A stretch of 64,000 nt of DNA from Candidatus Eiseniibacteriota bacterium (GCA_044223005.1 JBGAML010000005.1:229409-293408), one strand, 5' to 3'; shown: positions 51,864 to 62,408, numbered from the stretch's first letter. Numbers and translations are program-made. The notes: a model not told the origin generated them from the letters alone.

Positions 51864-53918
51864 ATGCTGGCCGCCAGGAATCTCCGCGCCGGGCTCCTGC
51901 TCGCGCTCGCCCTCACCGTGCCCGGGTGCGGCGCGCGTGGCCCCGTCCCGCCGGCGGCGTGGGATCCCGACTCCATCCCGAACGCGTACGCGCGACCGCA
52001 GGCCGCACTCGCGCTGCCGGGCGCGACGCGCGCGTTCCAGGTCCGCGAGGACGGCAGCCTCTACGACGGCGCATGGTCCGTGGCGCTCCACCTGGCCGCG
52101 GACGGCGACACCGCCGGCGCGACGGGCGCGATCGCGTGCGAACGGCGCTGGTGCCCCGTCGTGCGCTGGCACCGCGACGCCGGCGCCGTGCGGTGGGCGT
52201 TCGAGGCCGTCGCGTTCGCCGCGCCGGCCCCGGCCGACACGCAGCTGTTCGCGTCGCTCGAAGTCGTCGCCGTGAATCGCGGCTCGGCCGCCGCACGCTG
52301 CACGCTCTCGGCCGCGCTCGCGCCGCCGCGGCACGCCGATGGCTGGCTCGCCGTGGACGGCCCACCCTCCGGCGCGCCGCTGCCCGCGTGGGACGCCGCC
52401 GTCCGGCTCGACGGCGCGGACGCCGCGAGCGGTCCGCGCGTGGCCTTCACCCTCGCTCCCGGCGCGCGCCGGACGCTGCGCCTGGTGCTCGCCACCTACC
52501 CCGACGCCGCGCTCGCGGCGCGGGCGCGCGTGCCGCACGCCGAGCGCGTGGGCGCGACGCGGCGTGGGTGGACCGACGCGACCTCGCGCGGCCTCGTGCT
52601 CGAGCTCGGGGACGCCGAGGTCGAAGACGCCGTCCGCGCGGCGCGCGTGGTGCTGCTCACGTGCCGCGAACGCCACGGCGGCGACTGGCTCCCGACGGGC
52701 GGTCCGTTCCAGTACCACGACGTCTGGCTGCGTGACGGCGCGCGCGCGGTCGCGGCGCTCGCGGTCGCGGGACACACGCGCGAGGCGCGCGAGCTGGCGT
52801 CGGGCTTCGCGCGCTTCCAGTGGCCGCACGGCGTCTTTCTCAGCCAGCGTGGGCAGCTCGACGGCAACGGCCAGGCGCTCTGGGCCTTCGCGCAGGCCGC
52901 ACTGCGGCCGGCGCCGGACAGCACCGTGGCGCGCTTCGCGGAGATGGCCTACCAGTCCGCGGGCGCGGTGTACCACCAGTACGAGCTCGGCACCACGGCG
53001 CCGTGGCCGCTCGCGCGGCTGCTGCCGTTCGCCGAACCGCGCGACGACGAACTCGTGCGCGCGCAGCTCGTGGGCAACGACGCGTGGTCCCTCGCCGGGC
53101 TCGAATCCGCGAGCCGGCTCCTGCGCGCCGCGCACCGCGACGAGGACGCCGGTCACGTCGATTCGCTGCGGATGCACTGCCGGGAGGAAGTGACGCTGGC
53201 GCTCGCGCCGTTCGGGAGCGGCCCCCTCCCGCCCTCGTGGCAGGGCGCGGGACGGGACTGGGGCAACCTCGCGGCGGGGTGGCCCTGCCGCATGCTGGAC
53301 GCGGGCGACGCTCGCCTGCTCGCGACCGCGACGCGCGCGTGGGGGCGCAGCGATGCACCCGGGCTCGTGAGCTACGGCGCCGCGGATTCCGTGCACGGCT
53401 ACCTCGGTGCCGATCTCGGCACGTGGGCGCTGCTCGCCGACCGGCCCGCGGACGCGCACCGCGTGCTCGAGGCGCTGCTGCACTGGCGCGACGGCTGCGG
53501 CGGTGGCGCGGAGTTCTTCTCCGCGTCGACGCGCGAGTTCGGCAGCAACTTCCCGCCGCACCCGACCTGCGCCGCGGCGCTCGTGGCGATCGTGCGCAAC
53601 GCGCTCGTCTACGACGACGGCGACACGCTCCAGCTCACGCTGGGGCCGCGGCCTGCGTGGTGGTCGGGGGCGCACGTGCGCGGCGCGCCGACCCGGTGGG
53701 GCACGCTCGACCTGCGCTTCTCGCGCGCCGGCGATCGCGCGCAGTGGCAGTGGACCGCGGTGCCGGTGTGGTGCGCGCTGCGCCTGCCGGCGGGCACCGT
53801 GCTCGCCGCGCGCGCCACGGCGCCGTGCATCGGCGCGCCGGGCGACCGTGTCGTCCTCGCCCCTCCCGGCACGACGGCGGCGACGGCGGCACTGGCGCCG
53901 GCCGGAGGCGCGCGATGA
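51864..53918 (+). CDS. Exported six-hairpin (alpha/alpha)6 glycoside-hydrolase-like protein
   Basis: Signal peptide with Cys; Y..VWLRDG, QLD.NGQALW, PH...AA, APTRWG.L. Confidence 0.65.
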   Translation: MLAARNLRAGLLLALALTVPGCGARGPVPPAAWDPDSIPNAYARPQAALALPGATRAFQVREDGSLYDGAWSVALHLAADGDTAGATGAIACERRWCPVVRWHRDAGAVRWAFEAVAFAAPAPADTQLFASLEVVAVNRGSAAARCTLSAALAPPRHADGWLAVDGPPSGAPLPAWDAAVRLDGADAASGPRVAFTLAPGARRTLRLVLATYPDAALAARARVPHAERVGATRRGWTDATSRGLVLELGDAEVEDAVRAARVVLLTCRERHGGDWLPTGGPFQYHDVWLRDGARAVAALAVAGHTREARELASGFARFQWPHGVFLSQRGQLDGNGQALWAFAQAALRPAPDSTVARFAEMAYQSAGAVYHQYELGTTAPWPLARLLPFAEPRDDELVRAQLVGNDAWSLAGLESASRLLRAAHRDEDAGHVDSLRMHCREEVTLALAPFGSGPLPPSWQGAGRDWGNLAAGWPCRMLDAGDARLLATATRAWGRSDAPGLVSYGAADSVHGYLGADLGTWALLADRPADAHRVLEALLHWRDGCGGGAEFFSASTREFGSNFPPHPTCAAALVAIVRNALVYDDGDTLQLTLGPRPAWWSGAHVRGAPTRWGTLDLRFSRAGDRAQWQWTAVPVWCALRLPAGTVLAARATAPCIGAPGDRVVLAPPGTTAATAALAPAGGAR

Positions 53919-54604
53919 CGCCGGCGCGCACGCCGTCCCGCGCACCGGGCGCGGCGAAGCCCGCTCCCGGGCCACGCCGCATGGCGGGCGTCCTCGCCGT
54001 CGCGGGCGTGATCGTGGTCGCGGTCGCGATCGGCACGCTCGTGCGCGGGCGCGGCAGCGCGCCCGCGCCCGCTCCGGCGCCCGCGGCCCCGGTGGCCGAT
54101 TCGCTCGCCACGATGCCGGCGGACTCGGCGTACGCGACGGCGTTGCGGCTCGTCACCGAGCACCGGAGCACCGAAGCGCTCGCCTACTTCCGCCGCGCCC
54201 GGCGCGGCCTGCAGGACGACTTCGCCGCCTTCCACTACAACTACGGCGCCGCGCTGTACAACGGCCTGTTCGTCGCCGACACGGTCGCCGGGCTCACGCG
54301 GCCCGCGCAGGGGTCGAGCGACGCCCGCGTGGGCGTGATGCGCGAATCGCTGCAGGAAGTCCTGCGCGCGATCGACCTCGCGCAGACGCCGCGCGAGCGG
54401 GCGTTCTACGCGAACCGGCTCGGGCACATGCTGCAGACGTGGGGCTTCGCCTGGGAAGCGTTCACGTGGTACGGGAGCGCCACCAACGCCGACCCCGGCA
54501 ACCTCACCTACCGGCAGCGAGCCGCCGGCTTCCAGGCCATCATGGCCGATCCGCTCGTGCGGCCGGGCGAGCAGTCTCCAGATCCGGCGTCACTCGACCG
54601 CTGA
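53915..54604 (+). CDS. Membrane-anchored TPR-like hypothetical protein
   Basis: ATGA coupling to the upstream gene, one TM, Pro/Ala linker, TPR-like helices. Confidence 0.55.
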   Translation: MTPARTPSRAPGAAKPAPGPRRMAGVLAVAGVIVVAVAIGTLVRGRGSAPAPAPAPAAPVADSLATMPADSAYATALRLVTEHRSTEALAYFRRARRGLQDDFAAFHYNYGAALYNGLFVADTVAGLTRPAQGSSDARVGVMRESLQEVLRAIDLAQTPRERAFYANRLGHMLQTWGFAWEAFTWYGSATNADPGNLTYRQRAAGFQAIMADPLVRPGEQSPDPASLDR

Positions 54605-56617
54605 TCCGCCCGCGGCGTGCGGCCGCAGTTCGCGGTAGGCCTGGCGAAACCCGAGGATGCGCCGCGCGTAGTCCTGCGACGCCGCGTTGGACGCGAACTC
54701 CACGTACAGCGCATCGCCCCCGCGGTCGACGAGCGTGCGCCAGTCCGCGCGGATGGTGCCGGGCCCGGCGTTGTACGCCGCGAGCGCGACCGGCACGCTG
54801 CCTGCGAAGCGCTGCAGCAGCCGCGCGAGGTAGCGGGCGCCGAACGCGATCGCCACGGGCGGGTCGAACAGTTCCGAATCCGCGGGCACCGGCCGGTGCA
54901 GCAGCTGCGCGGCGTCGATCGCGGCCTTGGGCAGCATCTGCGTGAGCCCGAGCGCATTGCTCTTCGAGCGCGCGCGCGGATCGAAGCGGCTCTCCTGCCG
55001 CATGAGCGCCCAGAGCAGCGCGCGTTCGACGCCCAGCGATTCGGCGGCGGCGACCTGCGGCTCGTACGCGGGCGGATACGCCCACGCGATCACCGGCCAC
55101 GCCGCGCGCTCGTCGCGCGTCAGCAGCGACGCCCGGTCGGCGAGCCGCGTGCCCTCGGCGGGATCGCCGGCGTCGTACGCCGCGGCCGCGAGCGCGATGC
55201 CCGTCCATGCGTCGCGGCGCGCCGCGCCCAGGCGCTCGTCCCCGGCGCGCCAGCGCACGGCGAGAGCGCGCGCGTCGGCGGTGCGGTGCGACGCCAGCAG
55301 CCGCCGCACGTCGTCCGCGACGACGGACGACTCGGCGGGCGCGGGCCACGCGAGCGAATCGGGCCAGCCGCGCATGCCCAGCGTCTCGCGCGCGGCGGCC
55401 CGGTACACGCCGTAGCCCGGCAGGCGCGCGAGCCCGCGGAGCAGCGAATCGCCCGCCGTGCGGTCCGTCGCCCGCAGCGTCACGCCGAGCCAGAAACGCG
55501 CGTCCTCGGCGGGCTCGCCGCGCCACCACGCCGCGGCGGAATCGGGATGCCCGAGCACCACCTGCACGAGCCCGGCACGCACGCGCGCCGCGGCCGCGCG
55601 CGAATCCCCGAGCTGCGCCGCGCGGGCGAACGCCGCGAGCGCCTCGCGCCAGCGGCCCCGGTCCTCGGCTTCGCGCCCGGCCTCCCACGCCGCGGTCGCG
55701 CGCAGGTCGAGCCCGGCGGCGGCCATGCGCTGCACGCGCGCGTAGGCCGCGAACGCCGAATCGGTGCGCCCCGCATCTCGCAGGGCGCGCGCGCGCTCGA
55801 GCCCGGCGCGCGCGACGGCGTCGGGGCCGTCGGCGAGCCGAGCGGCGCTGTCCGCCGCGGCGAGCGCCGCGAGCGGCTGGCGGGCGTCGCGGTGCAGCTC
55901 CGCGAGCCGCCGGAAGAGCGGGCCGCGCGCGCCGGCGTCGGTGCGCGCGAGCGCGCGGCGCTCGAGCCGGATCGCCCCGGCGCGATCGGCGCGGAACGCC
56001 GCGGCGTCGGCCGCCGCGCGCAGGTCGTCGGCGCCGAGCGAATCGCCGCGCGCGCCCGCCAGCGAATCGAGCCGCGCGAGCGCCCGTGCCGCCGGCGCCG
56101 CGATCGAACCGTAGACCTGCAGCACCTGCCGCGAGAACGCCGCGGCGCGCGCCGTGTCGCCCGCCGCGAGCGCGAAGGCCGCGCGACGGTCGAGCCACTG
56201 CGCCCGCTCGGCGTCGGGCCAGCCGGTGCGGGCCGCCGGCTCCAGCACCGAGTCCGCGGCCGCCGGGCCGCGCGCCGCCGCGACGGCGTCGGCCACGGCG
56301 CGCAGCGCCTCCCACTGCCACGGACTCGCGAGCGCGGCCAGCGCGCGCCGGCACGAGTCCGCGCCCGCGCTGTCGCCCGCGGCCGCGCGCCAGTCGGCGA
56401 GCACGCGCAGTGCCGTCGGCGCGGTGGCTGGCGACGCGAGCCGCTCGCGCCACTCGGCGAGCCGCGCGAGCGAGTCGGCACTCGTCCACGCCGGCCGCGC
56501 CGCGAACGTCCAGCGTACGCCGGCCGAGTCGGGCGCCAGCGTGGCGGCGCGCGCGGAGGCCGCGACGGCGAACGCCAGCACGAGTGCGGCGGCGTGCCGA
56601 AGCCGCCTCACTCCCAT
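54590..56617 (-). CDS. Soluble lytic transglycosylase (Slt70-like)
   Basis: Signal peptide, helical repeats, ALMRQES.F, A.GL.Q, GA.YL, ALAAYNAGPG. Confidence 0.9.
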   Translation of the reverse strand: MGVRRLRHAAALVLAFAVAASARAATLAPDSAGVRWTFAARPAWTSADSLARLAEWRERLASPATAPTALRVLADWRAAAGDSAGADSCRRALAALASPWQWEALRAVADAVAAARGPAAADSVLEPAARTGWPDAERAQWLDRRAAFALAAGDTARAAAFSRQVLQVYGSIAAPAARALARLDSLAGARGDSLGADDLRAAADAAAFRADRAGAIRLERRALARTDAGARGPLFRRLAELHRDARQPLAALAAADSAARLADGPDAVARAGLERARALRDAGRTDSAFAAYARVQRMAAAGLDLRATAAWEAGREAEDRGRWREALAAFARAAQLGDSRAAAARVRAGLVQVVLGHPDSAAAWWRGEPAEDARFWLGVTLRATDRTAGDSLLRGLARLPGYGVYRAAARETLGMRGWPDSLAWPAPAESSVVADDVRRLLASHRTADARALAVRWRAGDERLGAARRDAWTGIALAAAAYDAGDPAEGTRLADRASLLTRDERAAWPVIAWAYPPAYEPQVAAAESLGVERALLWALMRQESRFDPRARSKSNALGLTQMLPKAAIDAAQLLHRPVPADSELFDPPVAIAFGARYLARLLQRFAGSVPVALAAYNAGPGTIRADWRTLVDRGGDALYVEFASNAASQDYARRILGFRQAYRELRPHAAGGSAVE

Positions 56618-58146
56618 TCGATCGTCGCGGGCGGCTTGCTCGTCACGTCGTAGACGACGCGGTTCACGCCGCGGACCTCGTTCGCGATCCGGCTCGCGGC
56701 GCGGGCCAGCAGCGCGTGCGGCAGGCGCGTCCAGTCGGCGGTCATGCCGTCGACGCTGTTCACCGCCCGCAGCGCCACCACCTTCTCGTACGAGCGTTCG
56801 TCGCCCTTCACGCCCACGGTCGCGACCGGGAGCAGCACCGCGAACGCCTGCCACGTGCGGTCGTACCACTTCGCGCGCCGCAGTTCCTCGAGGAAGATCG
56901 CGTCCGCGTGCCGCAGCAGGTCCAGGTCCGGCTCGTCGACCGCGCCGAGGATGCGCACCGCGAGCCCCGGACCCGGGAACGGATGGCGATCCACGAGGGG
57001 CGCGGGCAGCCCCATCTCGCGCCCCAGCGCGCGCACCTCGTCCTTGAACAGCCAGCGCAGCGGTTCGACGAGCTGGAGCTTCATCCGCTCCGGCAGGCCG
57101 CCCACGTTGTGGTGCGTCTTGATCACCTGCGCGCCGAAGCCCGCGGAGGCCGATTCGATCACGTCCGGGTAGAGCGTGCCCTGCGCGAGAAACTCGACCG
57201 GACCGATGCGCGCCGCCTCCTCCTCGAACACGGCCACGAACTCGTTGCCGATGATGCGCCGCTTGGTCTCCGGATCCGTGACGCCCGCGAGCTTCGCAAG
57301 GAAGCGCTCGCGCGCGTCCACGATGCGCAGGTTCAGGTGCCGCCGCTCGCCCAGCTCGCGCCGCACTTCGTCCGCCTCGTTCATCCGCATGAGGCCGTGG
57401 TCCACGAGCACGCAGGTCAGCCGGTTCCCGATCGCGCGGTGGATCAGCGTCGCGGCCACCGTGGAGTCCACGCCACCCGAGAGCCCGCAGAGCACGTGCC
57501 CGTCGCCCACGCGCGCACGCACGTCGCGCACGGCTTCGCGCAGGAAGTGCTTCATCGACCAGCCACCCTTCAGGCGCGCCACGTCGAACACGAAGTTGGC
57601 GAGCACCTTCGCGCCGTACGGCGAGTGCACGACCTCGGGATGGAACTGGATCAGGTGGAACGGCTTGCTCTCATGGCTCGCGGCCGCGAACGCGCAGCTC
57701 GAGGTGTGCGCGACGCGCTTCCAGCCCGGTGCCAGCGCCTGCACTTCGTCGCCGTGGCTCATCCACGCGCGGAAGCGCTTCGGCACGCCCTTGAAGAGCG
57801 GCGAGCGGCCGTCCTGCACGAACGTGGCGACGCCGTACTCGGCGCGTGGCGCGCGCGCGACTCGCCCGCCCAGCAGCTGCTGCGTCACCTGGAAGCCGTA
57901 GCAGATCCCGAGCAGCGGCTTGCCCAAAGCGTAGATGCCGGGATCGGGCAGCGGCGCCTCCGCGCGCCAGCCGCTCGCGGGCGAGCCCGAGAGGATCAGC
58001 GCCGAGGGCTTCGCCGCGCGGATCGCGGCCGCGCTCGTCGTCCCGGGAACGATCTCCGAATAGACGCCGAGCTCGCGCACGCGGCGTGCGATCAGCTGCG
58101 TGTACTGCGAACCGAAATCGAGGATCAGGACGCTCGGGCGGGGCAT
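56608..58146 (-). CDS. guaA: GMP synthase (glutamine-hydrolysing)
   Basis: ILDFGSQYTQLIARR, LGICYG, QFHPEV, LSGGVDS, IKTHHNVGGLP, SKPPATIEWE. Confidence 0.98.
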   Translation of the reverse strand: MPRPSVLILDFGSQYTQLIARRVRELGVYSEIVPGTTSAAAIRAAKPSALILSGSPASGWRAEAPLPDPGIYALGKPLLGICYGFQVTQQLLGGRVARAPRAEYGVATFVQDGRSPLFKGVPKRFRAWMSHGDEVQALAPGWKRVAHTSSCAFAAASHESKPFHLIQFHPEVVHSPYGAKVLANFVFDVARLKGGWSMKHFLREAVRDVRARVGDGHVLCGLSGGVDSTVAATLIHRAIGNRLTCVLVDHGLMRMNEADEVRRELGERRHLNLRIVDARERFLAKLAGVTDPETKRRIIGNEFVAVFEEEAARIGPVEFLAQGTLYPDVIESASAGFGAQVIKTHHNVGGLPERMKLQLVEPLRWLFKDEVRALGREMGLPAPLVDRHPFPGPGLAVRILGAVDEPDLDLLRHADAIFLEELRRAKWYDRTWQAFAVLLPVATVGVKGDERSYEKVVALRAVNSVDGMTADWTRLPHALLARAASRIANEVRGVNRVVYDVTSKPPATIEWE

Positions 58147-58186
58147 GGATCGCAACCTCTGCGGACGGTTCGCCCGCGGTGGGCGG

Positions 58187-58693
58187 TCAGGACAGCTCGG
58201 GGATCTCGGTGGCGTCGAACAGCTGCCGGAGGTGATCGACGAGCCAGTCGTCGTCGTGGAACGTGGCCATGCGGTGCAGCACGAGGACGAGCACGAAGAC
58301 GCCGGCCATGAGGGCCGGCACCCAGCCCGTGCCCGCCCGCACCTCTTCGGTGGCGAGCACCGCCGAGAATGCGATCAGGAAGAGCACGGCGAGCGAGAGC
58401 CCGATCAGGTCCACGCGCCGCCAGCCGATCGCGAGCTCGACGCGCGTCCCCATTCCGCCCGCGACGAAGCTGCCCCGGGCCTCCGAGGGCAGCGCCTTGC
58501 GCGACCCGAGCCAGCGCGAGCACGAGAAGCGCTCCTCGTTCGCGCGCCCCTTCATCGGCTGCTTCGTGGCCCAGAACGCCCAGAAGGGCGCGAGGTCGGC
58601 CCGGAGCCGCTCGACGCACGCGCTCGCAGGCAGCGCCGTGGTGAGCACGACGCGCCGGACGTGGAACGGGTTCAGGTGCTGCGCGACGGTCAT
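58187..58693 (-). CDS. Hypothetical membrane protein
   Basis: Fills the purH-guaA gap in the same orientation; GGAGG RBS; two C-terminal TMs. Confidence 0.55.
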   Translation of the reverse strand: MTVAQHLNPFHVRRVVLTTALPASACVERLRADLAPFWAFWATKQPMKGRANEERFSCSRWLGSRKALPSEARGSFVAGGMGTRVELAIGWRRVDLIGLSLAVLFLIAFSAVLATEEVRAGTGWVPALMAGVFVLVLVLHRMATFHDDDWLVDHLRQLFDATEIPELS

Positions 58694-58713
58694 CGGGGCC
58701 TCGAGTCCTGCGC

Positions 58714-60261
58714 TCAGTGCCGGAACGTCCGGCGGTCGGTGAAGACCATCGCGACCCCGAGGCGGTCGGCCTCGGCGATCACGTCGGCGTCGCGTACGGA
58801 GCCGCCGGGCTGCACGATCGCCGTGATGCCGGCGTCGGCGGCGTGCGTGATGCTGTCCGGGAACGGGAAGAAGCCGTCGCTCGCGAGCACGGTTCCGTGC
58901 GTGTCGTGGCCGGCGCGACGGGCCTTCATCAGCGCCACGTCCACGGCGTCGACGCGCGAGGTCTGGCCGCTGCCGAGGCCCACCATCTCCTCGCCGCGCG
59001 CGAGCACGATCGCGTTGCTGCGGGCGACCGCGCAGACTTCCCACGCGAACACCATCGCGGCCATCTCGTCGGCGGTCGGCGCGCGCCGCGTGACCGTGCG
59101 CCACGGCGGCGGATCCCCGCTCGGCTCGCGCTGCAGCAGCGCCCACGGACCCACGAGCCGCACCTCCCACGGATCCCGGCGGCGCAGTTCCTCGGCCGTG
59201 AGCCGGACGAGGCGCAGGTTCTTGCGCCCGCGCAGCACGGCGTCGGCGTCGGCGGTCAGCTCGGGATAAGCGACGCACTCCACGAAGTGCGCCGCGAGCT
59301 GTTTCGCCGTGCCGGCGTCGAGCGTGCGGTTGAACGCGACGATGCTGCCGAACGCCGAAAGCTCGTCGGCCGCGAGGGCGAGCGAGTAGGCGTCCTCCAG
59401 CGACGCGGCACAGGCGGCGCCGCACGGCTGGTTGTGCTTCACGATCACGCACGCGGGCTTCTCGAACCGGCCCACGAGCGTGACGGCCGCCTCGAGGTCG
59501 AGCAGGTTGTTGTACGAGAGTTCCTTGCCCTCGCGCCACGCGTCGAGCGCCGTGCGCTCGCCCGCCCGGGCGTAGAGCGCCGCCGCCTGCTGCGGGTTCT
59601 CGCCGTAGCGCAACGTTCGCGCCCGCTCGAGCAGCAGCGCGTGGAACGCGGGCGGCTCGTCGGCATCGCCGGAGCGGCGCGCGAGTTCCGCCGCGATGGC
59701 CGCGTCGTAACGTGCCGTGCGGGCGAACGTCTCCAGCGCCCAGCGCCGGCGCTCCTCGCGCGACACGCCACGTTCGAGTGCCGCGAGAACCTCGGCGTAT
59801 TGCGCGTTGTCGTGCAACACGATCACCGACTCGTGATTCTTGGCGGCCGCGCGCAGCAGGGCCACTCCGCCGATGTCGATCTCCTCGATCATCCCGGCGT
59901 CGTCGGCCGCGGCACCGCGCGTCTCGAACGGATAGAGCGTCACCGCGACCAGGTCGATGGGCGCGAGCTTCCGCTCGGCGAGCGCGGCCAGGTCCGCGGG
60001 CACGTCGCGCCGCGCGAGGATCGGGGCGTGCACGTGCGGATGCAGCGTCTTCACCCGCCCGCCGAGCATCTCGGGGAACCCGGTCCAGTCCTCGACGCGC
60101 GTCACCGCGAGGCCCGCCGCCTCGAGGTGCTGCGCCGTGCCCCCGCTCGCGAGCAGCGTGGTGCCGCCCGCGGCGAGCGCCTGCGCGAACGCGGCGGCGC
60201 CCTCCTTGTCGGAAAGCGAGAGCAGTGCCGTGCGCGGCCAGCCCGCGCGCGGCGCGCTCAC
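58714..60261 (-). CDS. purH: AICAR transformylase/IMP cyclohydrolase
   Basis: ALLS.SDK.G, GGRVKTLHP, IDIGG, LRYGENP, SYNN, VKH..PCG, ASDGFFPF, R.FRH. Confidence 0.96.
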   Translation of the reverse strand: MSAPRAGWPRTALLSLSDKEGAAAFAQALAAGGTTLLASGGTAQHLEAAGLAVTRVEDWTGFPEMLGGRVKTLHPHVHAPILARRDVPADLAALAERKLAPIDLVAVTLYPFETRGAAADDAGMIEEIDIGGVALLRAAAKNHESVIVLHDNAQYAEVLAALERGVSREERRRWALETFARTARYDAAIAAELARRSGDADEPPAFHALLLERARTLRYGENPQQAAALYARAGERTALDAWREGKELSYNNLLDLEAAVTLVGRFEKPACVIVKHNQPCGAACAASLEDAYSLALAADELSAFGSIVAFNRTLDAGTAKQLAAHFVECVAYPELTADADAVLRGRKNLRLVRLTAEELRRRDPWEVRLVGPWALLQREPSGDPPPWRTVTRRAPTADEMAAMVFAWEVCAVARSNAIVLARGEEMVGLGSGQTSRVDAVDVALMKARRAGHDTHGTVLASDGFFPFPDSITHAADAGITAIVQPGGSVRDADVIAEADRLGVAMVFTDRRTFRH

Positions 60262-60626
60262 GTGCCGCTCCCGGGAGCGGTGTACGTCGGGTGCTCCACG
60301 TCGCCCGTGTTGCGCACGCCGGCGGGCTCGAACAGCAGCACCTGCACTTCCCCCGAGCGGGCGTGCGGCCGGTGCTCCACGCCGCGCGGGATCACGATCA
60401 GTTCGCCCGGGCCGAGCGGCACCGTGCGATCACGGAATTCCATGTCGAACGACCCCTTCCAGACGAGGAACATCTCGTCCTCGTCCACGTGCCGATGCCA
60501 CACGAACGGTCCCTCGAAGCGGACCACCTTCACTTCCTGCCCGTTGAGCCGCGCGATCACCTGCGGCCGCCAGTGTTCCGAAACGCCCGCGAAGGCGCGC
60601 TCCAGCGAGACGGGACGATCGCTCAC
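60258..60626 (-). CDS. Cupin domain protein
   Basis: FVWH.H..EDE.FLV, L.PGE..VIPRGVEH.P. Confidence 0.9.
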   Translation of the reverse strand: MSDRPVSLERAFAGVSEHWRPQVIARLNGQEVKVVRFEGPFVWHRHVDEDEMFLVWKGSFDMEFRDRTVPLGPGELIVIPRGVEHRPHARSGEVQVLLFEPAGVRNTGDVEHPTYTAPGSGT

Positions 60627-61555
60627 ACCGGCCCTCCCGAGAGCCGCCGGATCGCCTCGACGTAGCGCGCCTGCGTCTGTGCCACGACGTCGGCGGGCAG
60701 CGCGGGCGCGGGCGGCTCGTGGTTCCAGCCGCTGCGATCGAGCCAGTCGCGCACGACCTGCTTGTCGAACGACTCCAGGCGGCCCGCCTCGTAGGCGGCG
60801 CGATCCCAGTAGCGGGACGAATCCGGCGTCAGCGCCTCGTCGATCAGCGCGAGTTCACCGTCGATGCGGCCGAACTCGAACTTGGTGTCCGCGAGCACGA
60901 GCCCGCGCTCCCACGCGTGCGCACGCGCCTGCTCGTAGATCGCGAGGCTGCGCGCACGCAGTGCCCGCGCGGTGTCGGCGCCCACGAGCTCGACCATGCG
61001 CTCGAACGGGATGTTCTCGTCGTGCCCGTGGTCGTTCTTGGTCGCGGGCGTGAAGATCGCGGGCTCGAGCTTCGAGCCGTCGCGGAGCCCCGGCGGCAGC
61101 GGCAGGCCGCAGACGGTGCCGTGCGCGCGGTATTCCTTCCAGCCGCTGCCGGTCAGGTAGCCGCGCACCACGCACTCGATGTCGACGCGTTCGGCGCGGC
61201 GCACGAGCTGCGCACGTCCGCGCAGCGGCGCGGCGTGGTCGCGGAACGGCGCCGGGAACGTCTCGGGCTCGTCGCTCACGAGGTGGTGCGGCGACGCCGC
61301 CGGCAACGCGCGCATCCAGTAGGCGGAGATGAGCGACAGCACGGCGCCCTTGCCGGGGATCGGCGTCGGCAGGACCGAGTCGTACGCCGAGAGCCGGTCG
61401 CTGGCCACGATCACGAGGTGGTCCGGTCCGGCGTCGAAGATCGAGCGCACCTTGCCGCGGCGGACGAGCGTCGCGCCGGGCACTTCGGGTTCACGAACCG
61501 CGTTCGCGGGCGCGAGCAGTTCCGGTGCGACGACGATCGGTGCGATGGCGTTCAT
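60623..61555 (-). CDS. purC: SAICAR synthase
   Basis: GKVR, SDRLSAYD, ECVVRGYL.GSGW, FTPATK, LADTKFEFG, DE.LTPDSSRYW, DKQ.VR. Confidence 0.96.
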   Translation of the reverse strand: MNAIAPIVVAPELLAPANAVREPEVPGATLVRRGKVRSIFDAGPDHLVIVASDRLSAYDSVLPTPIPGKGAVLSLISAYWMRALPAASPHHLVSDEPETFPAPFRDHAAPLRGRAQLVRRAERVDIECVVRGYLTGSGWKEYRAHGTVCGLPLPPGLRDGSKLEPAIFTPATKNDHGHDENIPFERMVELVGADTARALRARSLAIYEQARAHAWERGLVLADTKFEFGRIDGELALIDEALTPDSSRYWDRAAYEAGRLESFDKQVVRDWLDRSGWNHEPPAPALPADVVAQTQARYVEAIRRLSGGPV

Positions 61556-61643
61556 GCGTTCCCCTCCTGCCGCCTCTCGGGACGGCCGTCCAGGTGGAAG
61601 GTCGGGCCGCCCGCGAACGGGACGGCCGGGGTCGCGGCCGGAA

Positions 61644-62408
61644 TCAACGCCGCCGGCGCTCCTCCGAGGCCGGCGTCAGGAAGTGCTCGGAGAGGTACGA
61701 CGGCAGGTACTCGATGCTCGCGATGCTGGCGGTGTCCTGCCGCGCGTAGGTGCCGTAGGGATCGAGCAGCACGAACTGCATGCCCGCCGAACGCGAGCCG
61801 TGCTCGTCGACGCTGCGGATGTCGCCCACGTACAGCGCGCGATTGGGATCCACCTCGAGCTTCTCGAGCGCGAGGTCGAAGATGCGCGGATCGGGCTTCT
61901 CGATCCCGACGATCTGCGAGTCGAGCACGAACTCGAGGCCGCGCACCAGATCGTAGCGCTCGAGGTGCTTCTGCGCGCGGCCGTCGGAGTTGCTCACGCA
62001 TGCGAGCCGCAGTCCCATGCCGGGCAGAGCGTCGAGCACCTCGCGCGCACCCTCCATCGGCCGCGCCCACAGGAACTGGTCCGACTTCTGCCGCGCGTCC
62101 ATCCGCGCCAGCGCTTCGGCGAGCTGTTCGCGCGGGCAGCCCGCGGCCTGCAGCATGCCGCCCCAGTACGCCTCGACCGGCGCCACGGTACCGAGCGGCG
62201 GATGCTTCTCGCCCGGCGCGAGCGCCTGCGGGGCGATCGCCGCGGCGTCGTACAGCCGGCGGCCGTGGATCTCGCCGTGGCGCAGCGCCTCGACGGTCAC
62301 CTCCACGCCGAGCCCGGCGAGCATCTCGGCGATCCATTCGAAATCGAGCCGGACGAGCGTCCCGCCGGCATCGAAGATCACCGCGTCGAGGGGCAGGCGT
62401 TCATCCAC
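61644..62408 (-). CDS. HAD-superfamily hydrolase
   Basis: IFDAGGTL, VSNSDG, EKPDPRIF, YVGD...D. Confidence 0.9.
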   Translation of the reverse strand: MDERLPLDAVIFDAGGTLVRLDFEWIAEMLAGLGVEVTVEALRHGEIHGRRLYDAAAIAPQALAPGEKHPPLGTVAPVEAYWGGMLQAAGCPREQLAEALARMDARQKSDQFLWARPMEGAREVLDALPGMGLRLACVSNSDGRAQKHLERYDLVRGLEFVLDSQIVGIEKPDPRIFDLALEKLEVDPNRALYVGDIRSVDEHGSRSAGMQFVLLDPYGTYARQDTASIASIEYLPSYLSEHFLTPASEERRRR

